From an uncultured Clostridia bacterium (GTDB lineage: Bacteria > Bacillota > Clostridia > Christensenellales > UBA1242), in contig CAKVOE010000002.1 in assembly GCA_934778215.1 (NCBI GenBank), positions 383,069-447,068 on the forward strand: DNA of 64,000 bases. The letters are read 5' to 3'. The position numbers were made by a program, and so were the translations under genes. Under the pieces are notes generated by a model. It was not told the DNA's origin and ran no database searches. It saw only the letters and a program-made list of their open reading frames with translations. Positions 47,861-57,389 of this stretch are shown here, in pieces; position 1 is the first letter of the stretch, and the number at the start of each line of letters is the position of its first letter.

Positions 47861-48854
47861 AATTAATTATATCGGAAATAAATCAAAACTAGTTGATTGG
47901 ATTATTTCAAATATGCCTATTAAAACTGGAACTGTTGTTGATTTGTTTTCTGGTGGTTCATCTGTGTCTTATGCACTTAAAAAACAACATTTTTCAGTTA
48001 TTTCTAACGATTGCTTATATAGCAATTATATCTTAAGTAAAGCAATAATAGAAAATTCAAAAGATACTCTAAATAAAGATGTTTTTGATATAAAAATTTC
48101 AGACAATGAAATTTCTAAAAAATACAACGAAATATCTAAATACTTAACAAACATTCTTTACTATGATTATGAAGTAGAAGAATTAGCAAAATTAATAATA
48201 ATATCTGAAAAATTAAAGGATTATCAAAAATCATTATTTCTTGCTCTTATCAGAAGATCAATGATTAGAAAACTTCCATATTCAAGAATGAATGTTCCAT
48301 GGAATCAAATACAAAAATTAAGGGATGAAAAATACAGTTATGAAAAATATGGAAGAAAAAGAGCATATCATAATAAATCTTTTGAAAGTTTAATGATTGC
48401 TGATTTAGAAAATTACAATCAAAGTGTTTTTGATAATACTAAGAATAATAAAAGTTATCACATGGATTCGTATGATTTTATTAAAACACTTAAAAACAAT
48501 GTAGACATAATTTATATGGACCCACCTTATCCCAAAACAATGAATAAATATGGTGAGTTTTATGGAATATATGATAAAATTTTTAACAAAGAAATTAATT
48601 ATATAAATCTATCGCAAAATGAAAAGTTTCTTGATAATTTTGTAAAACTTATTAAAGAATGTGTCCCAAAAACAGATTATATAGTCATAAGTTTGAATAA
48701 TAAAACATCTCCATCTATACAAGAAATTGAACAAGCTATTCAAGCATTTGGAGAAACAAAAATTTTTGAAAAAGAGCACCAATATAAAGTAACTAATAAA
48801 ACAAATAAAAATACAACAATAGAGCAATTACTAATATTGAAGACAAAAAAATAA
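47844..48854 (+). CDS. D12-class (Dam-like) N6-adenine DNA methyltransferase
   Basis: NYIGNKSKLVDWI, DLFSGGSSVS (FxGxG) and IIYMDPPY motifs. Confidence 0.8.
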   Translation: MANYPKINYIGNKSKLVDWIISNMPIKTGTVVDLFSGGSSVSYALKKQHFSVISNDCLYSNYILSKAIIENSKDTLNKDVFDIKISDNEISKKYNEISKYLTNILYYDYEVEELAKLIIISEKLKDYQKSLFLALIRRSMIRKLPYSRMNVPWNQIQKLRDEKYSYEKYGRKRAYHNKSFESLMIADLENYNQSVFDNTKNNKSYHMDSYDFIKTLKNNVDIIYMDPPYPKTMNKYGEFYGIYDKIFNKEINYINLSQNEKFLDNFVKLIKECVPKTDYIVISLNNKTSPSIQEIEQAIQAFGETKIFEKEHQYKVTNKTNKNTTIEQLLILKTKK

Positions 48855-48860
48855 GAGTTA

Positions 48861-49943
48861 TTAACTCTTATTTTTTTCATAAAACTTACTATTATGTATT
48901 TTAAGAAATTCTAATCGTTCTGGATTAAGCAACCGGTTATCTATTTTATAATTTTTATATTTGTCTTGAAGTTCTTTTGATACTCTTTTACCCCATATAG
49001 GAATTCCGTTTGTATCAAAAGTTAAATCAAATTTATCAAATAAGATATCTATATTCCTTGAGAATAGAAAACCATTGTTTACATTGTATTGTTCTTCTGG
49101 AGAACTTTCATGGAATGGTTTAATATGGGAAGCAACATAAGATGTATGTTCTATTTGTTCAAAATCACAAACAACCTTTCCAAAAATTGTCTTCGCTTCA
49201 TCTTTTAATGCTTTCTTATATAGAGAATGTAAATAGGGGTCTCTACTTTTTAATTCTTCAGTGTCAGGAAGATTATCTGAATCTAATGATAAAATTCTAT
49301 TTCTGCAAAACACTCCTGTTAACCTTCTAGCTATACCATAAAGATACCTTTTTTGATTATATTTTCTATCATCAAAACCTGTTATTGAAACAAATCTTTT
49401 TTGCGTCTCTAATTCTTCTCTTGTTAAAAACCCCTTTCCAATATTTGATATATCCTTTAAAGAGATTAATGCACACAAATCCTCTTCATTCAATGGACCA
49501 CTATATGCCAATGTTTTTATAAGAAAATTGACTTGCCTTACATTATCAAATTCTGTTATTGCGGAATTAAATTTAGAATTTTCATATACAATTCTTGAAA
49601 ATAAATCTTGTTTTTTCTCTTTATTGGTTTCTTTTATAAATTGTTTAGTTAATTTGTGATATCCTTTTAATTGCGGCTCAATAAAGCCCAATTTTACAAA
49701 TTGATTAAGTGATTTCCGAGTGGAACCCATATCTGCTTTAGGATATACATGATATACTTTTTCCTGTAACCTGCCATATAATTCTTTTGTTAATTCATTT
49801 TCATAAAGTTTATATGTATCAATAAAATCAACCATAATTTGAAGAACGTTATTAAATTGTTCTCCAAATATGTCAGAATATTCCAAAGTTAATTTCCAAT
49901 AATTTTCATACTTTTGATTTTTAACGCTTCTTTTTGTTGCCAT
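48861..49943 (-). CDS. HNH-family putative type II restriction endonuclease
   Basis: Convergent with the methylases; ASHIKPFHESSPEEQYNVNNGFLFSRNIDILFDKFDLTF is an HNH (HNH_2-like) signature. Confidence 0.65.
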   Translation of the reverse strand: MATKRSVKNQKYENYWKLTLEYSDIFGEQFNNVLQIMVDFIDTYKLYENELTKELYGRLQEKVYHVYPKADMGSTRKSLNQFVKLGFIEPQLKGYHKLTKQFIKETNKEKKQDLFSRIVYENSKFNSAITEFDNVRQVNFLIKTLAYSGPLNEEDLCALISLKDISNIGKGFLTREELETQKRFVSITGFDDRKYNQKRYLYGIARRLTGVFCRNRILSLDSDNLPDTEELKSRDPYLHSLYKKALKDEAKTIFGKVVCDFEQIEHTSYVASHIKPFHESSPEEQYNVNNGFLFSRNIDILFDKFDLTFDTNGIPIWGKRVSKELQDKYKNYKIDNRLLNPERLEFLKIHNSKFYEKNKS

Positions 49944-50040
49944 ATTTTAACTCCTTTGAGTATAATTATAGCATATTATTTTACTTTATGTAACTATTTA
50001 GATAGAAAAATTCGTTTTACGTTACAAACTCTCCGCCAGT

Positions 50041-50242
50041 AGTGAACTGTACGTACCCTCGTAAAAATGGGGAATGTGTGCAGTTTTCCTTTTTACATGA
50101 ATGTTTTGGTGTAATTGTTCTCTTTGAAAAACCCAAAGACTCAAAATAAAGTGAATCTTCAAAGTTGTCCAACTTTTGGGGTTCACTTCATTTTTGGGGT
50201 GCACCCCAAAACCCATCTCACTCAAATTGGATAAATTTACAA
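50041..50242 (+). repeat. ~200-bp direct repeat, copy 1
   Basis: About 90% identical by eye to 53397..53597; contains GGGGTGCACCCC palindrome. Confidence 0.85.
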
Positions 50243-50312
50243 GTGGACTTCAAAAATGAAGTCTGGATTGAAATTGGTATCACTGCTAACAAGTTTTTAT
50301 ATGAAAATATAA

Positions 50313-50555
50313 ATGCTTATGACTGATACCAAAACAAAATGTTTTGTTGATTGTAAAGAATTACAAGAGAACACTGCCAAATTTAATTTTGAAGATAATA
50401 CTTTAAAGTTAGGTAAAACAAGTTTGTCAAATCAGCAACTTAAACGAATAAGTTTAATGTTTGCAACCGACTTAAAAAACTTTGCCGAAACCTTTGGCAA
50501 CTCTCAAAATCTTACTGCAAAAGAAGTTTATTCTCACTTGCAAAACAATCAATAA
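50313..50555 (+). CDS. Hypothetical protein (80 aa)
   Basis: ORF only. Confidence 0.35.
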   Translation: MLMTDTKTKCFVDCKELQENTAKFNFEDNTLKLGKTSLSNQQLKRISLMFATDLKNFAETFGNSQNLTAKEVYSHLQNNQ

Positions 50556-50571
50556 AACTAAAAAGAGAGGA

Positions 50572-52503
50572 TTAATCCTCTCTTTTTCTTTGTTTTAAAA
50601 TGTTTAAAAATGTTTTATTTCTATCAGAAGAATCTGAAACTATAGTTCGTAAATCAATAATAAATACATGAGCATTTGCTTTTGGTAAATAACGATAATA
50701 AGCTTTTGTTTGTTCATCAGTTGAAAATAATTGGGTGAAATTTTCAGAGTTTTCAATTGAAAATTCAAAATTTTCATCAATTGTTGTTACAATATAACTC
50801 CATACAGTTTCAACACTTGGTATATTCTTTTTAACAATGGCTATATCATCTGGTAATTCTGATAAAGATTTATTTTTTTCATCTAAATCAGCTTTTGGAC
50901 TTTTAAATTCTACCATTACAAGATTTTTTGAGCCATCTGTTTTATTAAAGAAAATTGACAAATCTGGTCTATGGGAGATTTTAAATTTATTGTTATTCTT
51001 TTCTTCAATCTCATCTTTTATTTGGTTAACAGTTTTATCACTGGCAGCATAAGAATAAGTCATAAATTTATCATCTAACAACCAAATATTACTTAACAAA
51101 TGTTTATTTTCATCTTCTTCGCTTGATGAAGTTTTCATTGGCATAAATATATCATGATAAAATTTTTCATTTTCTACGTTTTCTTCAACCGCAATTTTTA
51201 AGGCTTTTATAATATTTTCTCTGTAAAAAATATATTCGCCTAATTCAGATAAAGCAATTGAACTTAACTCCGATATAGATTTATTATATTCAGTCGAGTC
51301 TATACTTCGATCTGATAGTAATTTTTCAAATTTATTAATAACCTTTTCTTTTTTTACACTGAATTCTTTTTTTGCTTCTTTTAATAGAGAACTTTCTGAT
51401 TTTAATATATCAGTATTTTCTGCAATAATATCAGATAAATAAGGTGCTTTATTAATTGCTTTTTCTTCTTCTTGTTTATTTAATTCGAGCAATTGAGGAT
51501 ATTTATTAAAAATAATTTGATGCATATGCTTTTTCATTTCAAATTTTAAGTCTGAAATTAATAATGGAACATCTATAGTTGCCTGTTTTTTTCCTGTTAA
51601 AGCAGTGAGTTCACTTCGTCCATCATTATCTTTATCGTCAAGATAATCAGAACACAACAACATAATAAAAGAATCATTATTAGGTAATCCCGCAGAAAAA
51701 CCTAATGAGTCATCATCTATCTCTAAAATAGCTCTCCCATTTGCACAAAAATAGACTCTTTTGCTATTTTTAGAATTTTTCTTAAAAATATAATATAAAT
51801 CAAATTTATAATTTTCTTTAGTAATATCTGAATAGATATCAAATTCACAACTTTCCAACGCAGGTATGTTGTCCCAATTTATTACTCTTGTGTTTTCATC
51901 AATCATTATAGTAATGGTAAATTGTTTACCTTGCTGTTTTAATAAAAACAATTTGATAAGTAGATATTCTTTTATACTAGCTAATATTTCATCAATGTCA
52001 GCATTACATCTTAAATCTATTCTTGACCTACTATCACTTACATTGTTATAGTAGGTAGAAGTAACATTTGTAAATTTAATAATAGTAGAGTTTTTATCAA
52101 TGGTCGACTTAACAACTGACATATCCTTTTCTTCAAAATCTAAGCTAAAAGGAATAATGACTTTACATTGCTCATTTTGTACATCGCTTTCAATATCTAT
52201 ATTTTTAAAAACTTTTAACCAAGTAAATCTACCGCTACCTTTACAACCTAAAGTTATTTTGTTTTTTGTCCATAATTCCATAAAGGCATCTCTATTTTTT
52301 GTATCAAAGCCTTCACCATTATCCTTTATTGTAAACCCTATCATTTTAGGTGTAACTTCTTCAAATGTATTATCATGAAGAATTTCTATTTCAATATTAG
52401 TAGCATTAGCTTCTAATGAATTTGTGATGCTTTCATATAAAGGTTGTAAAAACTTTATATTTTTCCCTAAATTATTAACTATATTTGGAATATTTACTTT
52501 CAT
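50572..52503 (-). CDS. GHKL-type ATPase fused to a PD-(D/E)xK (Shedu/DUF4263-like) nuclease domain
   Basis: N-box ESITNSLEA, G1 IKDNGEGFD, G2 GCKGSGRF. C-terminal EKFYHDIF...NIWLLDDKF...HRPDLSIFF...LVMVEFKSP. AAGGAG SD. Confidence 0.6.
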   Translation of the reverse strand: MKVNIPNIVNNLGKNIKFLQPLYESITNSLEANATNIEIEILHDNTFEEVTPKMIGFTIKDNGEGFDTKNRDAFMELWTKNKITLGCKGSGRFTWLKVFKNIDIESDVQNEQCKVIIPFSLDFEEKDMSVVKSTIDKNSTIIKFTNVTSTYYNNVSDSRSRIDLRCNADIDEILASIKEYLLIKLFLLKQQGKQFTITIMIDENTRVINWDNIPALESCEFDIYSDITKENYKFDLYYIFKKNSKNSKRVYFCANGRAILEIDDDSLGFSAGLPNNDSFIMLLCSDYLDDKDNDGRSELTALTGKKQATIDVPLLISDLKFEMKKHMHQIIFNKYPQLLELNKQEEEKAINKAPYLSDIIAENTDILKSESSLLKEAKKEFSVKKEKVINKFEKLLSDRSIDSTEYNKSISELSSIALSELGEYIFYRENIIKALKIAVEENVENEKFYHDIFMPMKTSSSEEDENKHLLSNIWLLDDKFMTYSYAASDKTVNQIKDEIEEKNNNKFKISHRPDLSIFFNKTDGSKNLVMVEFKSPKADLDEKNKSLSELPDDIAIVKKNIPSVETVWSYIVTTIDENFEFSIENSENFTQLFSTDEQTKAYYRYLPKANAHVFIIDLRTIVSDSSDRNKTFLNILKQRKRED

Positions 52504-53042
52504 TATTTTACTCCTTAATAATTTATATTATAACATATAAATTTTCAATTTGTATATAGATTATATAAATATTTTAATCTTAATCCATTTATCTCCGACA
52601 TACACTTTAAAGTTAGAATTGGATAGCATTGGCCCCGCCAAGTGAATAAAAGGGAAGACTTAAAGTCTTTCTTTTTGTTTACAATGAAATTGAACCCTAA
52701 CGGGTTTCTTCACTGAAGGCTTTTATTACACAAAGATATTTTAGCAACCGAAAATGATATTTCTACGCAATTGATTTTACTAACATAAAAACAAAGGAGT
52801 ATGTTTTTATCATTATGAATGCAGTAATGTTACCATTTACCCAAAGCCAATATTATTGTGAGTGTAACGAACAATATCATTAAAATTTGTTTTGAATAAA
52901 ATTGAAATGTGTTATAATATGAAATATGAAAGAAAATTTATTAGCATCTTTTATTAGATATTGCCTCTAAAATTTAAGGTTTTGAAAAGAGGGGTAAAAC
53001 TGCAAACAACAATTAAAAAATTTTTTGACGAAATAGGTGGTT

Positions 53043-53333
53043 ATGGAAAATAAAGATAAGATTGAAGAATTGGAACAGAGAATTATTAAAATTGAAGAAC
53101 GCAACAAAATGGTAGAAGGTGATAAGCGCTGGGAAACGAGCATAATCAGGCATATTTTTATTATTCTATTTACATATGCATTTGCTGTGTCATATATCTT
53201 TGTCGCAGACACAACTAATCCTTTTTTAGGTGCGATAATTCCTTGTGTAGGTTTCTTTTTATCTACAATAACAATTAAGCCTATCAAAAAATGGTTCTTA
53301 AATAAAGATAAAAAAAATAAAAAGAGTAAATAA
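53043..53333 (+). CDS. Small two-TM membrane protein
   Basis: Charged N-terminus, two hydrophobic spans, Lys-rich tail. Confidence 0.45.
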   Translation: MENKDKIEELEQRIIKIEERNKMVEGDKRWETSIIRHIFIILFTYAFAVSYIFVADTTNPFLGAIIPCVGFFLSTITIKPIKKWFLNKDKKNKKSK

Positions 53334-53396
53334 TTAAAACAAATCGCAAAATCAAAGAAAAATAATCAAAAAAAGACTTATGGTTGTACACACACA

Positions 53397-53597
53397 AGTG
53401 AACTGTACGCGCCGTTGTGAAAATGGGGAATGCGTGCAGTTTTCCTTTTTACATGAATGTTTTGGTGTAATTGTTCTTTTTGAAAAACCAAAGACTCAAA
53501 ATAAAGTGAATCTCCAAAGTTGTCTAACTTTTGGGGTTCTCTTCATTTTTGGGGTACACCCCAAAATTCATCTCGCTTAAATTGGATAAATTTACAA
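53397..53597 (+). repeat. ~200-bp direct repeat, copy 2
   Basis: See 50041..50242. Confidence 0.85.
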
Positions 53598-53886
53598 AGA
53601 GATGAACACGGGGATTGGGTTAAGACAAAAAAATAACCCTAATTTGTAGTAAATCAGAGTTGTTTTATGCGTTTTATCCAATTCTCACGACCATCTCTAT
53701 CTAACTATAGCCAAGTAAAAGATACTTTCCTTATAATCTTTGGTGTTAGGATAACAATGCCTGCAACACCATTTTTGCAAAAATAAAAGAATCGCATATT
53801 AGAATGCAGTTCCGACTGGCGGAAAGGAAGTCTTTGTGTAAATAACGATCTTTCAATTAAGATGAAGTTTTTTTCAGGAATTATTT

Positions 53887-54369
53887 TTATTCTGTTGATA
53901 GTTTCTTTTTTAAATCTTTTTGTCTATCAAGCAACTTCTTATTATCTTTTTTCAAACTTTCAACAGTATTGATCAATTTTTGCTTATTTTCCTTTAATTC
54001 ATTACTTTGTCTGATTGTTATATCTATATTTTTTAATTGTATAGTAATTGAATTGATTTGTTGTTTAATTTCCCCAATTTTATTATTATTTTCTAGAATA
54101 TTTTTATCTAAATTCTCAATCTCTTGTTTAATTTCTGCATTTTTTTCTCTATCTTTAAGAACTAGTTCAGCCAAATTAGGATTGAAAAATTCAAAATGTC
54201 CACACTTAGTACAAATATATGTACTTGCATAAACATCGTTATGTAAAGCATATTGAAAAGATTCTCCCACTAGTCCTACTGCTACAGTATCTAATTCTGC
54301 TTCATAAGGAAAATCAACTTCCTCCAAATCTTCACAACCACATTGTGTGCATTTTATTTTATTATTCAT
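53887..54369 (-). CDS. Zinc-ribbon + coiled-coil protein
   Basis: CTQCGC...CTKCGH then heptad-rich tail; ATG 54369 after GGAGG. Confidence 0.5.
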   Translation of the reverse strand: MNNKIKCTQCGCEDLEEVDFPYEAELDTVAVGLVGESFQYALHNDVYASTYICTKCGHFEFFNPNLAELVLKDREKNAEIKQEIENLDKNILENNNKIGEIKQQINSITIQLKNIDITIRQSNELKENKQKLINTVESLKKDNKKLLDRQKDLKKKLSTE

Positions 54370-54819
54370 AATATAACCTCCATAAATACATACTATAATT
54401 TTATCATAACTATATTTATTTGTCAAATTAGTCCTTGTCTCACTTATTTTCTTGGATTATCCCCCCTTACATTTGCTTTTGTCTGGGTTTTTGTAGCATA
54501 GTTTTCGTATAAATCAACGGAATACAATATTGCTTAAGCGCTTAAAAATATCTAAATAAATATCATAACTAGGTTTTACTGAAGTAAACCTCATTTTTGT
54601 AAATATTCATTAATTATTACAATTTTATTCTTAAAACATCAAAATAAAAATTAAAAATAAAGGATATATCATTTCTGTAATTTAGATTGAATTTTGTAAT
54701 GTTTTGCCAAAAATCAAGAATGCACTACTTATTGAAAATATGAATCGCAAATTTTTTATTTGAAAAAGGTTTTGAAATTTGCTTTAAATAAGTTATACTA
54801 AAAGTAAGGGAGAATCGAA

Positions 54820-55239
54820 ATGGATATTTGGGAAAAATTGTATAATGAAGCAAAGAAAGAGTATCATCCAGAAGAGGTTTCGCCATTTATTGATGCGCAC
54901 CATGTAGTATGTGCAATTGAAGCCGAAAATGGAGAAATTTACACTGGTTTTTGTATTGAAGGAGCGAGTGGAGTTGTTGCTCTTTGTGCAGAAAGAGTTG
55001 CCGGGTTAAATATGTATATTCAAAGCGGACAGACGGTTGTTAAAAGAATGATTGCGTTCAGAAATGAACCGCCAAAAGAGAATGGGGGAATGCCATGTGG
55101 TGCGTGTAGAGAATTTTTCTTACAACTATCAGACAAAAACAAAGATATGGAAATTTTAACAGATTACGAAAGTAGAAGCACGGTAAAATTAATTGATTTA
55201 ATGCCGGGCTGGTGGGGCTGGAAAAGGTATAAAAAATAA
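54820..55239 (+). CDS. Cytidine/blasticidin-S deaminase-family protein
   Basis: CAERVA and PCGACREF zinc-binding motifs, ~139 aa. Confidence 0.7.
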   Translation: MDIWEKLYNEAKKEYHPEEVSPFIDAHHVVCAIEAENGEIYTGFCIEGASGVVALCAERVAGLNMYIQSGQTVVKRMIAFRNEPPKENGGMPCGACREFFLQLSDKNKDMEILTDYESRSTVKLIDLMPGWWGWKRYKK

Positions 55240-55240
55240 A

Positions 55241-55432
55241 ATGTTTATAAGTGTCGTTCTTTTAGTTTTGTGTGGAATTGCTTCAGAAGATGTAAATTTG
55301 GTAAAATCACTTGTTGATAATAAGTGTAAAGATAAAACGCTTTTTGTGACCGAAGGTCTTTGTGCGGTAGAAAAACATATTCAAAAGAATTTTGAGGTTA
55401 CACATTTTTATTATAATCAAGACAATTTGTAA
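55241..55432 (+). pseudogene. Duplicated 5' segment of the downstream TrmH-family methyltransferase gene
   Basis: 55265..55429 is ~93% identical by eye to 55807..55971; encodes only the N-terminal 55 or so residues. Confidence 0.7.
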
Positions 55433-55767
55433 GTCCCTTGAACTTGAATGGTTTAGAAAAGATTGCAGTCTAAATTGGTTTGCTTTATTGACAAAAAATT
55501 TCAAAGTGATATATTTGGGGCAGTTTAATAAGGATTTATTTGCATTGGTTTGCCTTGCATTATTGCTCAAAGTGCTGTATGTTTAGGTTTTTTCCTGTAA
55601 GTTCCGTCAGTAAAGAGTTGTTTTGTAGGACGGAAGGAGTAGTATAAAGTAAAATTGTTTTGAAAAACGGAAGAAATGGTGCCATGCCCGAGTTTTTATG
55701 GGGTAATTTGTTTATAAATATAGTGCAAACAATTGCTTTTTGCAAAATTAGATGATAAAATTTAGTT

Positions 55768-56631
55768 ATGGAAAATCAATTGATAGAACAGATAAAAAGC
55801 AAGTCGGTTTTGTGTGGCATTGCTTCGGAAGATGTAAATTTGGTAAAATCACTTGTTGACAATAAGTGTAAAGATAAAACGCTTTTTGTAACCGAAGGTC
55901 TTTGGGCGGTGGAAAAACTTATTCAAAAGAATTTTGAGGTTACACATTTTTATTATAATCAAGACAATTTGCAAAAAGTGAGTCATGAAACATTGGAAAA
56001 AATTGCACAAATGGCAAAGTATGCACAAAAAACTTTGGCAATTTCTGAAAAAGCGTGCAAAAAAATTAGCGACCGAGATGGCTTTGATGAATATTTTGTA
56101 GTGGCAAAACTAAAATCTTATTCGCTAGACGACATAGAAAGGCTAATAGATGGCAAAACCAATGTGATGGCAATAGTTATGGACGGGTTGGAGCAACCGG
56201 GAAATATTGGTGCAATTTTGCGTTCATTTGACTGTGCCGGTGGCGATTTTGCAATAAGCACCAACAAACAAGCACGGCTTTCTAATAGTAGGCTTATAAG
56301 GTCAAGTTTGGGGGCAAGTTTTATGCTTCCTGTGTTAGAAGCAGACATAAACACCGTTCAGCAATGGCTTGTAAAAAACAATTTTAAATGTATTGTAACC
56401 GACCTTCAATCTCAAAAAAGTTATAGGGAGGCCGATTACTCTGGTCGTATTGCAATTATTGCGGGCAACGAGCATACAGGAATATCTGATTCGTGGCGAA
56501 GAGTAAAAAATGCACAGCCAATTATTATTCCTATGCTAGGAACGTGTGAGTCGCTTAATGTTGGGTTTGCTTCAACCTTAGTTGCTTATGAGGCAGGCTT
56601 GCAAAAGTTTGGAAACAAAAAAACAACGTAG
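55768..56631 (+). CDS. SpoU/TrmH-family RNA 2'-O-methyltransferase (TsnR/NHR-like architecture)
   Basis: N-terminal substrate-binding domain, then GLEQPGNIGAILRS, IIAGNEHTGIS, ESLNVGFASTLVAYE motifs. Confidence 0.8.
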   Translation: MENQLIEQIKSKSVLCGIASEDVNLVKSLVDNKCKDKTLFVTEGLWAVEKLIQKNFEVTHFYYNQDNLQKVSHETLEKIAQMAKYAQKTLAISEKACKKISDRDGFDEYFVVAKLKSYSLDDIERLIDGKTNVMAIVMDGLEQPGNIGAILRSFDCAGGDFAISTNKQARLSNSRLIRSSLGASFMLPVLEADINTVQQWLVKNNFKCIVTDLQSQKSYREADYSGRIAIIAGNEHTGISDSWRRVKNAQPIIIPMLGTCESLNVGFASTLVAYEAGLQKFGNKKTT

Positions 56632-57115
56632 CATATTGTTGTTATGCTTGTAAAGAAGTAAAAACCTAAACAAAATTTTGTTTGGGTTTTTTTATAAATT
56701 TAAAAACAGCCCAATTAGGCAGAACATAAGTTTTGTAATTCCCCCAATTTTTGTAAAAATATTAACATTGGTGAAAAACGCCCTTTAGCAATGCAAATTT
56801 ACAAAATTTGTAGTCTTTGCATATTGCACTTATTTAAAAAATACGCCCTAAAAAATACAATTTAAAAAACGAAATTTCAAAAATGTTATAAAGAAAAAAT
56901 GCTCAAAAACAAGGTAAAATTGCAAGTTATTATTTTTTGGGGTAAAATTTCATACTTTTAACACAAACCATTGGTTATATTTAATACGTAGCAAGGTTTT
57001 AAACTAATTAGCACGCTTTAAAAACAAAGGGTGTTTAAAAACTTAGCAGTTAAAAAAGTAGGTCGTTGTATGACACCATGTAAGTTAACAAAAAATATAT
57101 AACCAGCGGTTTGCC

Positions 57116-57290
57116 GTTGCAAAAGAGTAAAACGCCAACAAGAGCAAATGGAAAAAATCCACAAGTGCAAAAGAGTAAAATACCAGCAAGAGCAAAAAGA
57201 GTAAAGTTTCCGCAAGAACAAAAGGATAAACGGCCCACAAGTGCAAAATGGCAAAAGTTTTGCAAGTGCAAAAGAGCAAAGTTGGTATAT
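57116..57290 (+). repeat. About 3.3 imperfect ~50-nt tandem repeats rich in GCAAAAGAGTAAA
   Basis: Units start near 57116, 57166, 57217, 57267; located ~100 nt upstream of the ABC operon. Confidence 0.7.
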
Positions 57291-57389
57291 GTTAAACAAT
57301 GGTGCAAAATGGTTATAATTAAGTTTGACTATTTAAAAAATAAACTTATACTATTTTAGGTACGCAATTTAATTTTTTAGGAGAGCAAT

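Noticed and set aside
50022-50225. ORFs inside the 200-bp direct repeats (this one on the minus strand, 53380..53580 on the plus strand)
   Set aside because: The two repeat copies yield ORFs on opposite strands with unrelated peptides, so neither is likely to be coding.
57018-57307. Three overlapping minus-strand ORFs with repetitive LLFCTCG-type peptides
   Set aside because: They are artefacts of translating the ~50-nt tandem DNA repeat; all three frames are open and there is no SD or start context.
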